This document shows, piece by piece, positions 35,848 to 37,909 of a stretch of 37,909 nucleotides of DNA. Within the stretch, counting starts at the first letter, position 1, and every line of letters begins with the position of its first letter. A model generated the notes under the pieces. That model was not told the DNA's origin, searched no databases, and worked only from the letters and a program-made list of their open reading frames with translations. This stretch comes from Neolecta irregularis DAH-3 (taxonomy: Eukaryota): contig LXFE01004413.1 of assembly GCA_001929475.1 (NCBI GenBank), forward strand, positions 1-37,909. The letters are read 5' to 3'. The position numbers and the translations under genes were made by a program.

Positions 35848-36631
35848 GGTGGTGAGCTGCGAAGAGAAGCCGAAGCAGGAAAGAGAAGGATTGTGACGAG
35901 CAGCGCGGAATTATATAGTCGAGGGCGGGGCACCGACCCGAAACACGGGAATAAGATGTGTCATGGTTACCAAAAAAGAGCCCTGACTGATTCAGGAGCA
36001 TGAATTTTATGGTCAGCAGGTCTGTTCTTGTGAAATATAGTAATATCCAAATTGCAAAAGTGTAAGGAGAAATGCGAGTGCGAGATACGAGCGATTCTGT
36101 TATACGGCGCCTGGTTGGGCATCTGATGCGTTTCTTATTGCATGCAGTTGTGTCTCCTTGTATCGAACTGTCTTTGTCTATGACGGTGTAGCTGTCTGGT
36201 GGCGGACCTGTGCTTTTTTATCCGGATGCCTCATCGACATTCACAGTAGATTGTTCGCGGTAGTCACATCCACCAGCAACCGAGACGTTCATCCCGATCG
36301 AATATCCCCGGTCTTAAGCCACCAATCACAAACATGATGTCGCACAGTATGGCCGACCACCCGGCCAACAACAAAGTGGGTGGGTACCGAATACTCGCAC
36401 CACCAATGATTTTATTATTCATATTATTCATATTTGTCGCATCAGCTATTCTAGTACAATTTCATTGATGAACTCAGGTTTGTGGAGTGATATGAAGATA
36501 TATATTATTAAGCACTTGTGCAGAGCCGGTGAAACTTTCACTTGTTTTAACAATTTCCTATCCCGTGTCTCGCCCTCAACTCCATAGATTTCTACCCTAG
36601 AGACAGCTCTAGGACGCCCCCATGCCGACAA

Positions 36632-36893
36632 GCTGCCTCTGTCTCTCCTCTCAGTCTCGGCTTCTTTCAATTAGCTCGCTAGATCTCGTTGGGAAGTCAG
36701 GAGGTGCCACACCTTTCAGCGGTTGCATTCTCTCCTGTCTCAATATTGTCTTTCCTTGTTTCTCCCCACAGACCTGTAGGGCCGCCTTTCCAGCAATGGT
36801 TATGAAAGGAGGCCCATTTCCTCTGATGTCAGATAGCCAATTGTATTACTCTCTTCTGTAGTCAGATCTGCAAAGATCCGGAGCCAATACTAC
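36632..36893 (-). mobile_element. Long inverted repeat, right copy
   Basis: Reverse complement of 33776-34051; possible TGTT...AAACA limits at ~36543-36927. Confidence 0.85.
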
Positions 36894-37488
36894 ATCGTCT
36901 ACGTCATACATTAAGTATTCATAAACATCCTCTTTTCACCTTCCTCCGGCTTCAATCCAGTCCGTAAATAACAGTTATTCGTCAAAATCCCGCCTTTCAC
37001 GGTGTACTCCTTGCTCGCGAATAAGCAGACCCCGCCCAAGATTGCGATATTCTTGCCGAGCTGATATGCCGTAAAACATAGCGGTAAAACACGCGGTGAG
37101 GAAATGATGGCCAACCCTCATCCTCACTTGCCCCTCCAACTGGGGTGCCGCATTTATAAGTACTCCATAAAGCTTGCCGCTTTCTTATCTCGGCCATCAA
37201 TAGTACATTCCAAAAATATCCTCCAATTGAGCCGCGAAATCGCGTCACATAGACCCTGTTCCAGTCATGCCCAACTTCTAAAACCCTAAATCAGCCACAA
37301 CACTATGCCATAATCCCTGCTTCTCAGTATAAAACTGGTTGATAGTGATTGATTCGCTTACACACAAATCTAACCAATTGGTTGTCGCTACGTTCAAAAG
37401 ATTAACAGACGTTGAAGATGTCTCGCTGATCGCAAATTCCTATTTGGCTTTTTCGGAGAATCAGATAGATGTTCACAGTTGAGTCAGG

Positions 37489-37646
37489 AACCATCGAGGT
37501 GTAATTTCTATTTCGGTGGGGATGGTTGACCATCGAGGCGTAATTTCTTTTCGATGGGGATGGTTGACCATCGAGGTGTAATTTCTTTTCGATGGGGATG
37601 GTTGACCATCGAGGTGTAATTTATTATCTCGATGGTTAGGGTTAGG
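37489..37646. repeat. ~4 x 38-39-bp tandem repeat with an internal palindrome, followed by TTAGGGTTAGG
   Basis: Units start at 37491, 37530, 37568 and 37606; CCATCGA...TCGATGG within units; telomere-like hexamers at 37636-37646. Confidence 0.9.
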
Positions 37647-37840
37647 CAGCTTTGCCATGGCCTGGCCGGCCTAACATGTGACACCCACTTTGGGTGGTGG
37701 CGTGCAGGATTGAACAGCAAGCTTAAATTACCATATGATGTATATAGTTCTCTACATGTATTTAGAAGTGGCAGGAAAAGCATCTGCACTCAAAACTAGA
37801 TCCTCGCCGGCATTGCTCTTGTACCGGGATGCGAGGGGGG

Positions 37841-37909
37841 NNNNNNNNNNTAATCGCTAATCGCTAATCGCCTAATTCCCACACACAATGCGGCTCGCCG
37901 AAACGCCCT
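37841..37909. other. Assembly gap (10 N) followed by 59 bp identical to 9029-9087
   Basis: Exact match to the TAATCGC array and the GPD1 3' end. Confidence 0.95.

Noticed and set aside
37489..37637. CRISPR-like array
   Set aside because: Units are contiguous near-identical repeats with no unique spacers; eukaryotic context with no cas genes.

Overview
Gene-dense eukaryotic (fungal, ascomycete) DNA with many very short introns (~32-48 nt) and degenerate splice donors. This architecture suggests an early-diverging Taphrinomycotina-like fungus such as Neolecta (inference only). Conserved genes: an aldo-keto reductase, phospholipase D, TIM17, GPD1, BPL1, TAPT1/EMP65, the ERT1/AcuK Zn2Cys6-PAS factor, a full-length DNMT1-type cytosine methyltransferase, exosome MTR3, a BTB/POZ protein, REI1 and an intron-containing tRNA-Gly(GCC). 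About seven orphan secreted-protein genes and several repeat families lie between them. Most notable: (1) a spliced secreted PAN/apple-like gene bracketed by ~270-bp inverted repeats just upstream of the tRNA gene; (2) a ~120-bp hairpin-rich element in two inverted copies with compensatory-looking changes; (3) a DNMT1-like enzyme plus transition-biased, CpG/CpA-type decay of repeats; (4) a steep GC gradient inside GPD1 ending at a TAATCGC array; (5) a CGG-N7-CGG site in the ERT1/acuK promoter. Gene models were spliced by hand and some start codons are approximate.
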